Shown piece after piece: positions 13,151 through 24,484 of a DNA stretch of 64,000 nucleotides (position 1 is the stretch's first letter; each line of letters opens with the position of its first letter). The position numbers were made by a program, and so were the translations under genes. Where the stretch lies: the NCBI RefSeq assembly GCF_964204645.1, contig NC_134033.1, positions 9,556,655 to 9,620,654 of the forward strand, read 5' to 3'. A model generated the notes under the pieces. The model made no database searches and was not told the DNA's origin. It saw nothing but the letters and a program-made list of their open reading frames with translations. The DNA is from Tubulanus polymorphus (Eukaryota > Animalia > Nemertea).

Positions 13151-13544
13151 AATTGTTGGTAGAGAGTTTAAAAAATCATAAACTCATAAAGGCAAAACAC
13201 CACATAAGATTTCATTTTTAAATAAGTATATAGGTTGATTAATAACAGATGTTTTCTGGAACATTTTTTCCCTTGTCAGATTAGAATGCGGCTGAATTCA
13301 TACTAATACATGTATTCAGATTATGTACATGACTATTGATTACCTCAAGTTGAGTTTATTTATAAAATTACCGAATAGAATTTGATTTAAACACTGAGTT
13401 AGAATTATCTAAAGACGTTAAGCATGAACTATGAGCCGTGTTAATGTTCCAGAAATGTTTCGTGATGAATAAATTTATGAAATTTAATCATTTGAAAATG
13501 AGCTCTTTCGTGGTGTTTTCTCTCTTATATGTAACATACTAAAT

Positions 13545-14343
13545 CTAATTATTGATGTCGATCTCCTGCAGTGCGTTGTTTCTTTTGGCGCTCGCCTTTA
13601 CGCGGTCTGGGGCGTATCTCAGCCAGTCCTTCATTGATATCGATCCTGGTGTGCTGGTTTCCACCGCGCTGTACTGTATCTGAATCGAAAGAAATTTTGT
13701 TCATACATCTGTTCAATAAAATATATGAATAAAAGAATCGGGAAAAACAGAACTACATACCTATAATGACCTTGGAAAGCCTTGTCGAGTTAAAGGCTGT
13801 TTTCGGAGCTTTCCCCAGCCAGTTGAATTCTGCTGCTAGTTTGTTGGAAAGCAGGGTCTTCATAATTGACTTTGTGGAATCTTTAGTCGTTTGCGCAGAA
13901 TACAAACTAAGGTACCCTATCTAGAACATAAAAAGATTGGTTTACACATAGGTTTATTTCTTCATTTCTAAGCAGCTCCAACGTTAATACAGAACCTTGA
14001 ATTTTATGATAATAATCACTTACCAGCCCTTCTCTGATAACCTGGTCGCCAAGTCTCCCCTCAAGCCTATCGAATTGCGTTTTCTCATCAAGAGGTAGAT
14101 CTATGTCGTCCGGTAATTTGGCTACTTCCGTTCGGTCCTGTTTTGTCAGCCTAGCGAGTGCCTTACTTTGGCGCTTTTGTTCTGATTTTACTTCGACCAA
14201 AAGCTCCAAAATTTTATCAAGTTTCCTTTCTAAAAGAAATAAGTATTTGTAAAAATGTAATGGATTTGATCGGAGTTTGATCAGTCAAATGAGAAATTAT
14301 CTGCATACTTACCAACTGATACAGAACTTGTACTGGTATCAAC
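13545..14343 (-). pseudogene. CACTA accessory gene (DUF4806-like), 3' exons
   Basis: Spliced pieces LPDDIDLPLD..LEGRL, IMKTLLSNKLAAEFNWLG and KDWLRYAPDR; continues the exon interrupted by copy B. Confidence 0.65.
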
Positions 14344-14806
14344 AGTAATAGGGATAATAGGCTTTCAGGCCAAAGGTCGAACGGTCGAGCTCGTAAAAAA
14401 TGAAAAACATAAAAATAATAACAATTTCTACTTGAATTACTCGCGAAACTCATAAAAATGAAAAATAAATTCTCACACGCTCGAATTTATTTTTCATTTT
14501 TATGAGTTTCACTCCTAATTCAAGTAGAAATTGTAATTATTTTTATGTTTTTCATTTTTACTCACCCGCCCGTTCAACCTTTAGCCTGAAAGCCTATTAT
14601 CCCTATTACTCTTAAAATATTCATATATATATGAATAACATTTAAATCATTGAACTTCTAAAATCAATTTTAATAAAAAATATAGTATTAAAATGGAAGC
14701 AAATAAGTACTACTGCCCAACATGTAATATCGATATAGACAAGTCTCAAAAAGCAAGACACAATAAAACTAGAACACATTTAGAGAATAAATTGAAACTA
14801 GAATAT
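14344..14806 (+). repeat. Left TIR of copy B (463 bp), including a fold-back hairpin at 14344-14610 and the first 38 codons of polB
   Basis: Reverse complement of 31974-32436; no mismatches noticed by eye. Confidence 0.95.
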
Positions 14807-17800
14807 AAGGATGATATATTAGAAACTAAATTAGAAGAATTAAAGAATGAAAAAGAAACATACAAATGTGATACATGTAATCAATTATTCAGTGATAAAA
14901 GATATTATAAAGAACATTTAAAATCTATAAGTCATATTAGAAATAAGAATAATGATATTTTAGGTGAAGATTATTTTGATAATGATAACGATAAGAAACA
15001 GAAGACAATTAAAAGAATAAAAAATAAATTAAACAATAAAAGACCATACATGGAAGATGTAAGAAATTATATTAATTCATTAGATAATAAAAAATATATA
15101 GAGATAACCGAAGCATTTAAAAGTGATATTGGTCCAGCAGCTATCGAGTTTAAATTTCATAAAGGAAAAACATTAGAAGAAAATAAAAAACATTTAGAAA
15201 ATATGAAAGAAATAATAAAAATAATTACAGATGTTGAATATCCTAAAATTAGTATATCAGTTAAAGTAAAGTTTATAAAATCTGAAGATAAACCAATATA
15301 TAATATAAATTCTCATTCACAACATATTATATCTAAACAACATATAGATGATAAATTAAATAAATGTTATAATGAAATAAAAACTAAAATAGAAGAGAAA
15401 TATTTTGAAGGATCTGGTTTAATATTTGATGAAATAATATTTATAACTTTACATGTTTATAACACAAAATATAATAAGTTAACTAAATCAAAACCAATTG
15501 ATGAAAATAATTTATCATATTATAAAGATGATAGTATAAATGGAACAAGTTATATTAAATTACCATTTAAAACTAATGGTGTAATAAATATACAAAATGA
15601 AGATGATAAATGTTTTCTATGGGCTATAATAAGTTGTTTACATCCAGTTGAAGATTATAATAAACATACTTATAGATTAACTCATTATAAACAATTTGAA
15701 AATAATTATAAGATAGATAAGTATCCTGTTAGAATTAAAAATATTCCAAAAATAGAAAGAGATAATAATCTTAAAATAAATGTATTTGATTTAATTAAAT
15801 TACCAAATACAAAAGGAAATAATATTAAACATTATACATTAGAACCTTTATACCTATCAAAAGATAATGATTCAAATAATGTTATAGATATACTATATTA
15901 TGAGAATCATTATATGTGGATTAAACAAATCGATTTATTTTTTAGAACAGAAAGTGATCACCATAATAAAATATATCTATGTAGAAAATGTTTACATAGA
16001 TTCAGTAATGAAAGTACATTATTAAATCATAAACAACTATGTGATAATCATGATTATTGTAAATTAGTTTTACCAAATGAAAAAGATAAAATATTAGAAT
16101 TCAAAAAATATGATTACAAAAATAAAGTACCATTTGTAATATATGGAGATTTTGAATCATTAAATAAAGAATTAACAGATAAAGATAGAAAAGATATATA
16201 TTATAAAAGAAAGAAATTAAATTCTAATGAAAGTGATTATTCAGAAGAACCACCAAAAACAAATACAATTAAAAAGATTGATCAATCAGCTGCAGCTTTC
16301 GGGTTATATATAAAATCTGATTATCCAGAACTAATTGAAAGTGAATATTATCATTATAGAAATGAAAATGTTATTAATCATTTTTGTGACTTATTAATTG
16401 AATATGAAATAAGATTTAGTAAATTATTGAATACAAATAAAGAAATAATTATGACAGAAGAAGATTTGCGTTTGCAGATAAATGTTATTATTGTGAAAAA
16501 CTATTTAATTATAAAGATAAAAGAGTAAGAGACCATGATCATTTGAATGGTAAATTTAGAGGCGCTGCACATGAGGTTTGCAATTTACAAGCCAAAAAAG
16601 TAAATTTTGTCCCCATTATATTTCACAATTTATCGGGGTATGACGCGAATTTATTCATTAAGCAACTGTGTCATAAAATAGAAGAAATTAATAATGAAAT
16701 AGAAATATTAAATTCAAATAAATCAAAAGATAAAATACCAACTTATAAATTTAGAATGTTAGCTAAAACATCTGAGAATTATATATCATTCCAATTTGGT
16801 TGTCTAAGATTTATAGATTCATATAGATTTTTAAATAGTTCATTAGATAACTTATCAAAATCATTAATTGATGATGAATTAAAGATATTAAAAGAATATT
16901 ACCCAAATTATGATGATTTTAAATTAATGAGATATAAAGGTGCAATTCCATATTCTTTCTATAAAAATCATAATGATTTTAAAATAACTGAATTATTGAA
17001 AGAACAATTCTATGATGAATTAAAAAATGAATATGTTAAAGATGTAGTATATAATAGAACATTGAATATTTGGAATCATTTCGAAATTAAAAATCATGGA
17101 CAATTAGTAGATTTATATTTAAAATCAGATGTATTATTATTAACCGATATATTCGAAAGGTTTAGAGATGTAAACCTAAAATATTTTAATATTGATCCTT
17201 GTCATTGTTATTCATCACCAGGATTAACATGGGATTGTGGATTAAAATTTACAAATATAAAAATGGATTTGTTAACAAATATAGATCAATTACTATTATT
17301 TGAAAAATCTATAAGAGGAGGTGTTTCAGGTGTATTAGGTGATAGATATTTCAATGTAAATGATAATCCTGGATATAAATTATTATACATAGATGCAAAT
17401 AATCTTTATGGTTGGGCAATGATGGAACCACAACCTTATGGGATGTTTGAAATAACTGAAGTTTTACAAATTGATAAATTTGATTGGAAGAAAAGAATCC
17501 TAGATATTGCAGATGATTCAGATACTGGTTACTTCTTTGTTGTAGATTTAGAATACCCTGAAAATATTAAATTTAAATCTAGAAATCTAGCATATTGTCC
17601 CGAACATAAAACTGTTAAACATGAAGAATTATCAAATTATCAAAAAAGAATTAAACCCGATAATCATATTCATACAGAAAAGTTAATGGTAACTCAAGAA
17701 GATAAATATAATTATGTAGTACATTATAGAATGTTGAAGTTCTAAAAAAAGTACATAGATATATTTCATTTAATCAATCTAAGTGGTTAGAAAAATATAT

Positions 17801-18695
17801 AGATTTTAATACTACACAGAGAACTGAAGCTAAAACTGATTTTGAGAAGGATTACTTTAAACTAATGAACAATGCGTTCTATGGAAAAACATGTGAAAAC
17901 ATAAGAAATAGAAATGATATTGAGTTAGTTAGTAATGGTAAAAGAATTAGACATTTGCAATCATATCCGAAATTCAAAGGTAATAGAATATTCGATGAAA
18001 ATTTAGCTGCAGTTAAATTAAAAAGAACTTCTATGAAGTTCAATAAACCTATTTATGTTGGAGCTGCAGTTTTAGAAATTTCAAAGCTATTGATGTATGA
18101 ATTCTATTATAATGTATTGCAACCCCATTTTGGGGAAAAACATATAGAAATCTTATATCTAGATACAGATTCTTACATATTAAAGATAAAAAGTGATAAC
18201 ATAACAAAAGACTTAAAAATATTAAAACACCATTTTGATTTCAGTAACTATCCAAAAAATCATGAATTGTTTAGCAATGATAATAAAAAAGTTCCCGGTA
18301 AATTCAAAGATGAATTAGGTGGTGAAGAAATGATAGAGTTCATAGGTATTAGATCTAAAATGTATTCATATAAAACTAAAGAACATGAAGCTAAAAAGTT
18401 AAAAGGAATAACCAAAAATGTAGTAGAAAAGAATATTCATTTTAAAGATTACATCAATTGTATATTTAATGAAGAAGTTAGAAAACATAAAATGAAATGT
18501 TTAAGATCTGAAGATCATGAAATGTATATTGAAGAGATAGAGAAGATAAGTCTAAACCCATTTGATGATAAAAGATATATTTTAGATGATGGAATCCACA
18601 CAGTCGCCTATGGTTGCAATTTAGATGAATATATAAAATTCAAAAGAGAAGAAACAAAAGAAAATGAGATTATGAAAAGGATTCTAACGTGTTAA
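14693..18695 (+). pseudogene. polB: Protein-primed family B DNA polymerase (copy B), broken by two small deletions
   Basis: Exonuclease motifs YGDFES and FHNLSGYD; polymerase motifs YIDANNLYG, K.MNNAFYGK and YLDTDS; N-terminal zinc fingers; EndoVII-like CYYC..RDHDH..G..H..CN insert. Deletions near 16465 and 17740 relative to copy C. Confidence 0.97.
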
Positions 18696-18723
18696 TAAAT
18701 TTCAATAAAAATTTGTATAATAA

Positions 18724-19065
18724 ATGGAGAGTAAACAAGTACACAGTGAATTCTTAGATAGAATTAAAGATACCACAAATGTAAAATCTGTAGATTATAA
18801 ATTCAAAAAACTAACTGAGTTAACAATTCACAAGAAATATTTAATTACAAATATTGTTACAGTTACTAACAAATATGGAGATAAATTAGTTATACACTTA
18901 GAATATGAAGGATTAAAAGGAAATACACATAAATTCAGAACTTATTTACCAGATAGATTTCATAGATTATCAAGTGAAGATCTAGAAGAATTATGTTCTG
19001 GAGATTTCTATTTCGTATACAAAGGTAAGAATGAAAAAGGGCACCACGATATTGATTTTGAATGA
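18724..19065 (+). CDS. Small conserved protein, possibly OB-fold nucleic-acid binding
   Basis: Conserved in B, C and D next to polB; pattern FKKL.EL....KY.I......NKYG..L...L....YLPDRF. The fold is an inference. Confidence 0.6.
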   Translation: MESKQVHSEFLDRIKDTTNVKSVDYKFKKLTELTIHKKYLITNIVTVTNKYGDKLVIHLEYEGLKGNTHKFRTYLPDRFHRLSSEDLEELCSGDFYFVYKGKNEKGHHDIDFE

Positions 19066-19080
19066 AAATATGTAAAATAA

Positions 19081-19840
19081 ATGGCGGAATTAAAAGAATA
19101 CAGAATATTTGTTGATTCTAGAAAACTTACAAATTATAAATCTCATAATTTATTAGTACAATTAGATAGAGAATTCAAGAATTGTGTAGATTTAAAATTA
19201 GTAAATATAAGTTTATGTAATTCTTTTTATAATATATCGAATAAAACTATTGAACATAATACTTTTTTAATTCATATTAGAAATATAAATAAATGGTTTC
19301 ATCTATTTCTAAGACCAGGATTATATAATTTAGAAACATTATCTCAAGAAATTAATCGTAGAGCACGGTTGAAAATTAGAAAAGATGATAAATTTTTAAT
19401 AAGATTTATAAAAAGTGATAGCTCAAATAGAATTAAAATAAAGATATTTGATGAAAGTCAACATGCATTTATGGTAAAAAAAACCTATAGCTAAATTGCT
19501 AGGAATTGAACCAGATGTTGTTACAGTAAACGTAGAAGGTATTTCAAATATAATACCTTTTACACATTTTTATATTTATTGCAATTTAATTGACCCAACA
19601 AAAACATTTGAAGCAACTAAAGATACAACATGTAATTCTAGTATATTAAATATTTTACCATTAAAAAATGTTAAAGAATTTGGAACGCAAATAAATTATA
19701 ATTTAACAGAATGTGATTTCAAACCATGCATTCCTCATTTTAATAATTTTAGATTAGAAATTAGAAATCATAATGGATACTTAATTGATTTAAATAATTT
19801 CCCTGTAATTTATGAATTAGTTATAAGATGTAAAGAGTAA
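19081..19840 (+). pseudogene. Minor capsid (penton-like single jelly-roll) protein, one frameshift near 19480
   Basis: IFVDSR, SFYNI, PGLYN, YIYCNLI and IDLNNFP motifs typical of Polinton/PLV minor capsid proteins; homolog at 52068..52822. Confidence 0.8.
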
Positions 19841-19856
19841 TTTTTTTATTATATAA

Positions 19857-20198
19857 ATGAATATAACTGTTGGACCGAGTATATGTTTTGGGTTTGATTT
19901 TAAACATGGTAAAGAAATGAGAATTAAACTAAATGATGTAATTACTGATATAAAAAGTAAATCATTTAACAATGCATCAATGATTGATAAAGAAAAGTAT
20001 AATATAGAAAAAGTAATTGATTTAATTAAATCACCTTTAGAATATTATGAATTAAATGAAGATGGAATTATTGAAGATATCAAAAACATATTATCCAAAA
20101 TATATGATAATCATAAAAGTAGTAATGAAATAAATGTTGAATTAATCATAAATAAGTTAACTAAATATTTTGATGATAGTAATTTTTTTGATAAATAA
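19857..20198 (+). CDS. Hypothetical Polinton protein (113 aa)
   Basis: Homolog in copy C (51719..52051); TAAATG start. Confidence 0.7.
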   Translation: MNITVGPSICFGFDFKHGKEMRIKLNDVITDIKSKSFNNASMIDKEKYNIEKVIDLIKSPLEYYELNEDGIIEDIKNILSKIYDNHKSSNEINVELIINKLTKYFDDSNFFDK

Positions 20199-20420
20199 AT
20201 GAGTGGTAATAAGTGGATAATAACTTGATTATATAATGGCGCATTATTATCAGTTGGAACTGTTGGTTATTCAATGGTATTAAAAAAAGTATTCAAAATG
20301 GGAAGTGTTAATGTTGATAGATTTGATATCAATGATATTCTAAAATTAACATTAGCAGTTACTTTATCTAATTTAACTATTGATTATTTAGAAAAACAAA
20401 AATATATTCCTCCCATATAA
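20199..20420 (+). pseudogene. Small hydrophobic 73-aa protein with an internal TGA (copy B)
   Basis: Intact homolog at 51472..51693 in copy C. Confidence 0.75.
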
Positions 20421-20445
20421 ATGCATAATTTTTTTTGCTAAATAA

Positions 20446-20868
20446 ATGGCTTCTGCAATTATAACTATTATAGGATCAGCAATTGTTAACGCTTTAGCAT
20501 TTACTGGTGGTGGTTATTTATTTAAACATATTGATAAAAATAGTTCATTAGGAGAACAAAGAAGACATAACTTAGCGTTAGAGAAATACAATAAAGCTGC
20601 AGAAGAATATAGAGAAAAGAGACAAAACTATATGGATTACATCAATAAAGAATTATATGATCAGAAGATTTCACATAGAGATTTTCAATCAGTTGATGAT
20701 GCAATGAGTTTATATAACACAGTAACCAATAAAGAAAAATTACATCTATACAAACCTAAATTATCAGATTATTATACCCCAAGTAAAGAACAACAGAAAT
20801 ATGAAATAATTTGGATTTTAGGTGGAACTGTTATTGTTATATTTGTAGCGTATAAGTTTACTAATTAG
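20446..20868 (+). CDS. Putative membrane protein (hydrophobic N- and C-termini, central coiled coil)
   Basis: MASAIITIIGSAIVNALAFTGGGYLF and IIWILGGTVIVIFVAY; homolog in copy C. Confidence 0.8.
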   Translation: MASAIITIIGSAIVNALAFTGGGYLFKHIDKNSSLGEQRRHNLALEKYNKAAEEYREKRQNYMDYINKELYDQKISHRDFQSVDDAMSLYNTVTNKEKLHLYKPKLSDYYTPSKEQQKYEIIWILGGTVIVIFVAYKFTN

Positions 20869-20887
20869 TAATTTTTTTTCTAAATAA

Positions 20888-21322
20888 ATGGAAGATAAAG
20901 TTGATAGTATTGATATTATTCCTCATGATATAAATAAAACTAAATTAAAAATATATTTAGAAAAACAAATATTAGAATTTGAAAGTGACTTAAAGATAAA
21001 AAAGAAAAAATATTTAAAAAGTAAAATTATATATTATTTGATTATAAGTGGTTCGGTTACAATTAGTTCTGTAATAACATTTCTAGCAATATTCAGTCCA
21101 TTAACACCTTTAGCTATATCAATTGGTGTATTAGGATTAAGTTCAAGTGTTTTAACTGGTATAAGTTCAAAATTAAATATAAAAAGTAATAAAGAAAAAA
21201 TAAAATCTAATATAAAAGAAATTAATAAATTAAAGAATACACTAGATTATATAATAAGTTTAAATGGTCATATAACAGTTGAAGAACAAGATAAATTATT
21301 AAAAGAATTAATAAATTATTAA
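20888..21322 (+). CDS. Two-TM hairpin membrane protein flanked by coiled coils
   Basis: About 45-aa hydrophobic stretch IIYYLIISG...VLTGI; homolog in copy C. Confidence 0.8.
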   Translation: MEDKVDSIDIIPHDINKTKLKIYLEKQILEFESDLKIKKKKYLKSKIIYYLIISGSVTISSVITFLAIFSPLTPLAISIGVLGLSSSVLTGISSKLNIKSNKEKIKSNIKEINKLKNTLDYIISLNGHITVEEQDKLLKELINY

Positions 21323-21338
21323 TTTTTTAGTTATATAA

Positions 21339-22721
21339 ATGGGGTTTCCAAAAGCTTTCCGATATAATAAATCAATTAAATATAATATTCCAGCAATAGA
21401 TTTTAATAAAGATATTACATATAGAAATGAAGTTTTAGATTCATTAACTAATTTAGAAATTTATGTTACTGAAACTAATAATTTTAATGCAAAGATGGAA
21501 AATATATTTCATGTATATTTAATTAATTTTAAAAAATTGAAATATGAAAAACAATGGTTATTAAAATCTAATATGAAGTATTGGCAGAATCAATTAAATT
21601 TTGCTGTTTATTGTGCAACAACAGGATGTGGAATAAGTTGGAATGATCATTTGAATAATTCTAAATATAAATTAATTCAAAGTTTATTTAGATTTCATAC
21701 ATACTTTCAAATCAGAATAATATTAAATGAATTAGAGTGTGCTTTACCAGGATCTAGGTATTTCAAAGAATTGGATAATAATATTAATTTATCAAAGTTT
21801 TATAAAATTTGCAATGAATTTAATATAGATATAAATAATTCTGATTTTAGAACAAAAATTGGAACAATAAGATCACTTCCTTGCCCTAAAAAGATTGCAG
21901 AATATTGTGCACTTCCCATACCATCTAATAGTTTTTATAATATCTATAATAAAAAATTAGGTTATGGTAAAATAGAAACAAAGGATTTAGAAACATTAAA
22001 TTTCAATAAATTACCAAAATTTTATGATAATTTAAAACAAGAAAACAATAATGGTTGGGTTTATTTTATTTTAGAAAATAGTGAAGGTTTTACTAAATCA
22101 GGTATAGAAAGAATAAATCAATCTATTAGAACTTATTTGATTTGTATTCTAGGATCACAAGTTGAAACAAGATCACCGATAATAGGAAATTTAAATACAT
22201 CATTTGATACACAAAAACAATTTAAAGTTTTATTTGAAGATTCCATACATAATGATAAAAATAGATCGATTCCAGAAAACATTATAAGATATCAAAATTA
22301 TTTAGATAAATCTCATGTAAGACTTAATTATTGTATAGGCCCTAATCTATTAATTATTTCTAATGATTTAGTATTAAAGATGGGAAACATAATTGGTTAT
22401 AATAATCTAACTAAAACCGCAACAATAAATAATTCATTTGGATTGAATGATATAAATAAAAAGATTATTACTGCTCCAAAATTAATGGAAGGTGAAAAAA
22501 ATAAAAAACACATTCAATCAACAGAAACTAAAACTAAGAATATTAAATTAAATAATGATTCTAAAATAAAAGATTACAATACTACAGAAAATAATAGAAC
22601 TGATAAAATTCAACATGATATAATTAAACTAAATGATGATAATAAATCCCATGAAAATACTAAATTAGCTATAACTTGTATAGGAATTGTAATCGGAGGA
22701 ATATTATATTTTAAATTTTAA
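21339..22721 (+). CDS. 460-aa conserved protein with C-terminal membrane anchor (putative virion protein)
   Basis: Intact ORF; WQNQLNFAVYCATTGCGIS motif; present in A, B and C; ends in LAITCIGIVIGGILYF. Confidence 0.8.
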   Translation: MGFPKAFRYNKSIKYNIPAIDFNKDITYRNEVLDSLTNLEIYVTETNNFNAKMENIFHVYLINFKKLKYEKQWLLKSNMKYWQNQLNFAVYCATTGCGISWNDHLNNSKYKLIQSLFRFHTYFQIRIILNELECALPGSRYFKELDNNINLSKFYKICNEFNIDINNSDFRTKIGTIRSLPCPKKIAEYCALPIPSNSFYNIYNKKLGYGKIETKDLETLNFNKLPKFYDNLKQENNNGWVYFILENSEGFTKSGIERINQSIRTYLICILGSQVETRSPIIGNLNTSFDTQKQFKVLFEDSIHNDKNRSIPENIIRYQNYLDKSHVRLNYCIGPNLLIISNDLVLKMGNIIGYNNLTKTATINNSFGLNDINKKIITAPKLMEGEKNKKHIQSTETKTKNIKLNNDSKIKDYNTTENNRTDKIQHDIIKLNDDNKSHENTKLAITCIGIVIGGILYFKF

Positions 22722-22737
22722 TTTTTTTATTATGTAA

Positions 22738-24430
22738 ATGGATGTAGAAGGTGGAGAAGATATTCCATTGGATGACATGGGAAATAATAATGAAGGATAT
22801 ATTGATAATGATTATAATGATGCAGAACCTAATATTGATAATGATGATGAATCAGCATATAATACTAATTTAGGTGAAGATGATGATTATGATGATGATG
22901 ATGATCCCGAATTACGTGAAAAATTAAATAAATATTTAGAAGCTCCTGAAAGGGGTAGAATTTCAACTAGAAGAGAAAGAAAAGAATTAATGGAACTATT
23001 AGAAAAACAACAAGAAAAATATCCTGATGAACCTATGGAATTATATTAAATGAAATCTAGAGTAACAGATACAATTGTTAACGAATTATTACCATCAGAT
23101 GTAACAGATGAAATTGATACTGAAGGTGTTGTAGAACAAATTTTTAAAGATGACCCATATTTCACAAATAATTTAGAATTTAAAAATGATGCATGGTATT
23201 ATAATCTTGATTTAAATAGGAATATTGTAACAATTCAATTATCTAAAATGGGTCAAGAAAATATTTTTGAACCTGAAATGCGAGCAAGATCTACAATTGA
23301 AAATTCAAAAGGTGGTAGAGAATTTCTCAGAATTATATGGAATGCAATCGATAGAATAAATGAAAAAGAACCAATTCCTAATATTGATATAAACAAATAT
23401 TCACCATTTAAAAATCCAAATCCTACTGATTTTGATCCAGAAATGGAAGAGAATAGAAATCGATTAGATAGATTGAGATCTTCAACACCCGAAACATCGA
23501 GAAGAGACACTCAACAAATTGATAATTATTCAAGTGAATTACAATTAGAAAAACAAATTGATAGATTAAGAGATTCAGAAGAACTAATGAATAGTATATC
23601 AGATACATCTGGTTCTGAAACTGGAATAAATCGACTGCAATATTTACTAGAAAAAGGATTTCTTAATTTAACTGATGAAGAATTAGAAGCATTTCCTGAA
23701 CAAATACGTAGAGAAATTAAAGGTATACAAGTATCAGCTGATGAAATTGCTAATATTAAGATGAGATTTTCTAAAATAACCATGTTAGAAAAAGAATTAG
23801 TTAATGTAGATGAAGAATTAAAACAATTAGATTTAAATAGAAATCATCAATTAAGCTGATTTTGAAAGCAGAAAGTTAGCTTTAGTAAAAGAAATAGATG
23901 ATTTAGAATATAACATAAAATTACAAAAAGAAGAAAGAGATATATTATTAAAATCATATGATCTTAATCATATTAAAAAATTAAAAGTTATTTTTAAAGA
24001 TTTGTTGATTAAACCAGATTCTGAAATATCATTAAAAGACAGAATAAAATTGTTATTTAAATTAGAAGGAATAACAATTCTTTCAATTCTAACAGGTGTA
24101 ACTATGGTATTTACAACAATTGGTTTAGCAATATCAAATGCTTTAAAATCTACTCCCACTCCCAATAAACCAGATAAACCTCCAGGAAATAATTCTATAC
24201 AAGATAAAGTTAAAGATGGTTTAAAGAAATTAGCAAAATATTTATGGGAACTATCTAAAAAATCTGCTGCAGCTTTACCAGGAGTTATTGCTTCAATTGT
24301 TGGTTTTATATTGAAATCTGCTGGGAATATTCTTAACTTTGCTGCTGAACATATTATTTTATTTTTAATTACAGTTGTAAGTGCTATTATTTTTGGGTTA
24401 GTGAATATGATATCAAAAAATATCAAGTAA
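22738..24430 (+). pseudogene. Large acidic/coiled-coil protein with C-terminal multi-helix membrane domain (copy B; stops at about 23047 and 23857)
   Basis: Same-strand consecutive fragments; the C-terminal 142 aa are nearly identical in A and C. Confidence 0.8.
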
Positions 24431-24484
24431 ACCATGATATCAAAAAATATCAAAAAATAAATAATTAATTTTTTTGTTAAATAA

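Noticed and set aside
14217-14453. ORFs starting MSFASNSSRN here and at 32327-32626
   Set aside because: They begin inside the TIR hairpin and read out into unrelated flanks; no coding evidence.
16460-17865. Programmed frameshifts or introns in polB and capsid genes
   Set aside because: Breaks occur at different positions in each copy and correspond to small indels, so they reflect decay or sequencing error.
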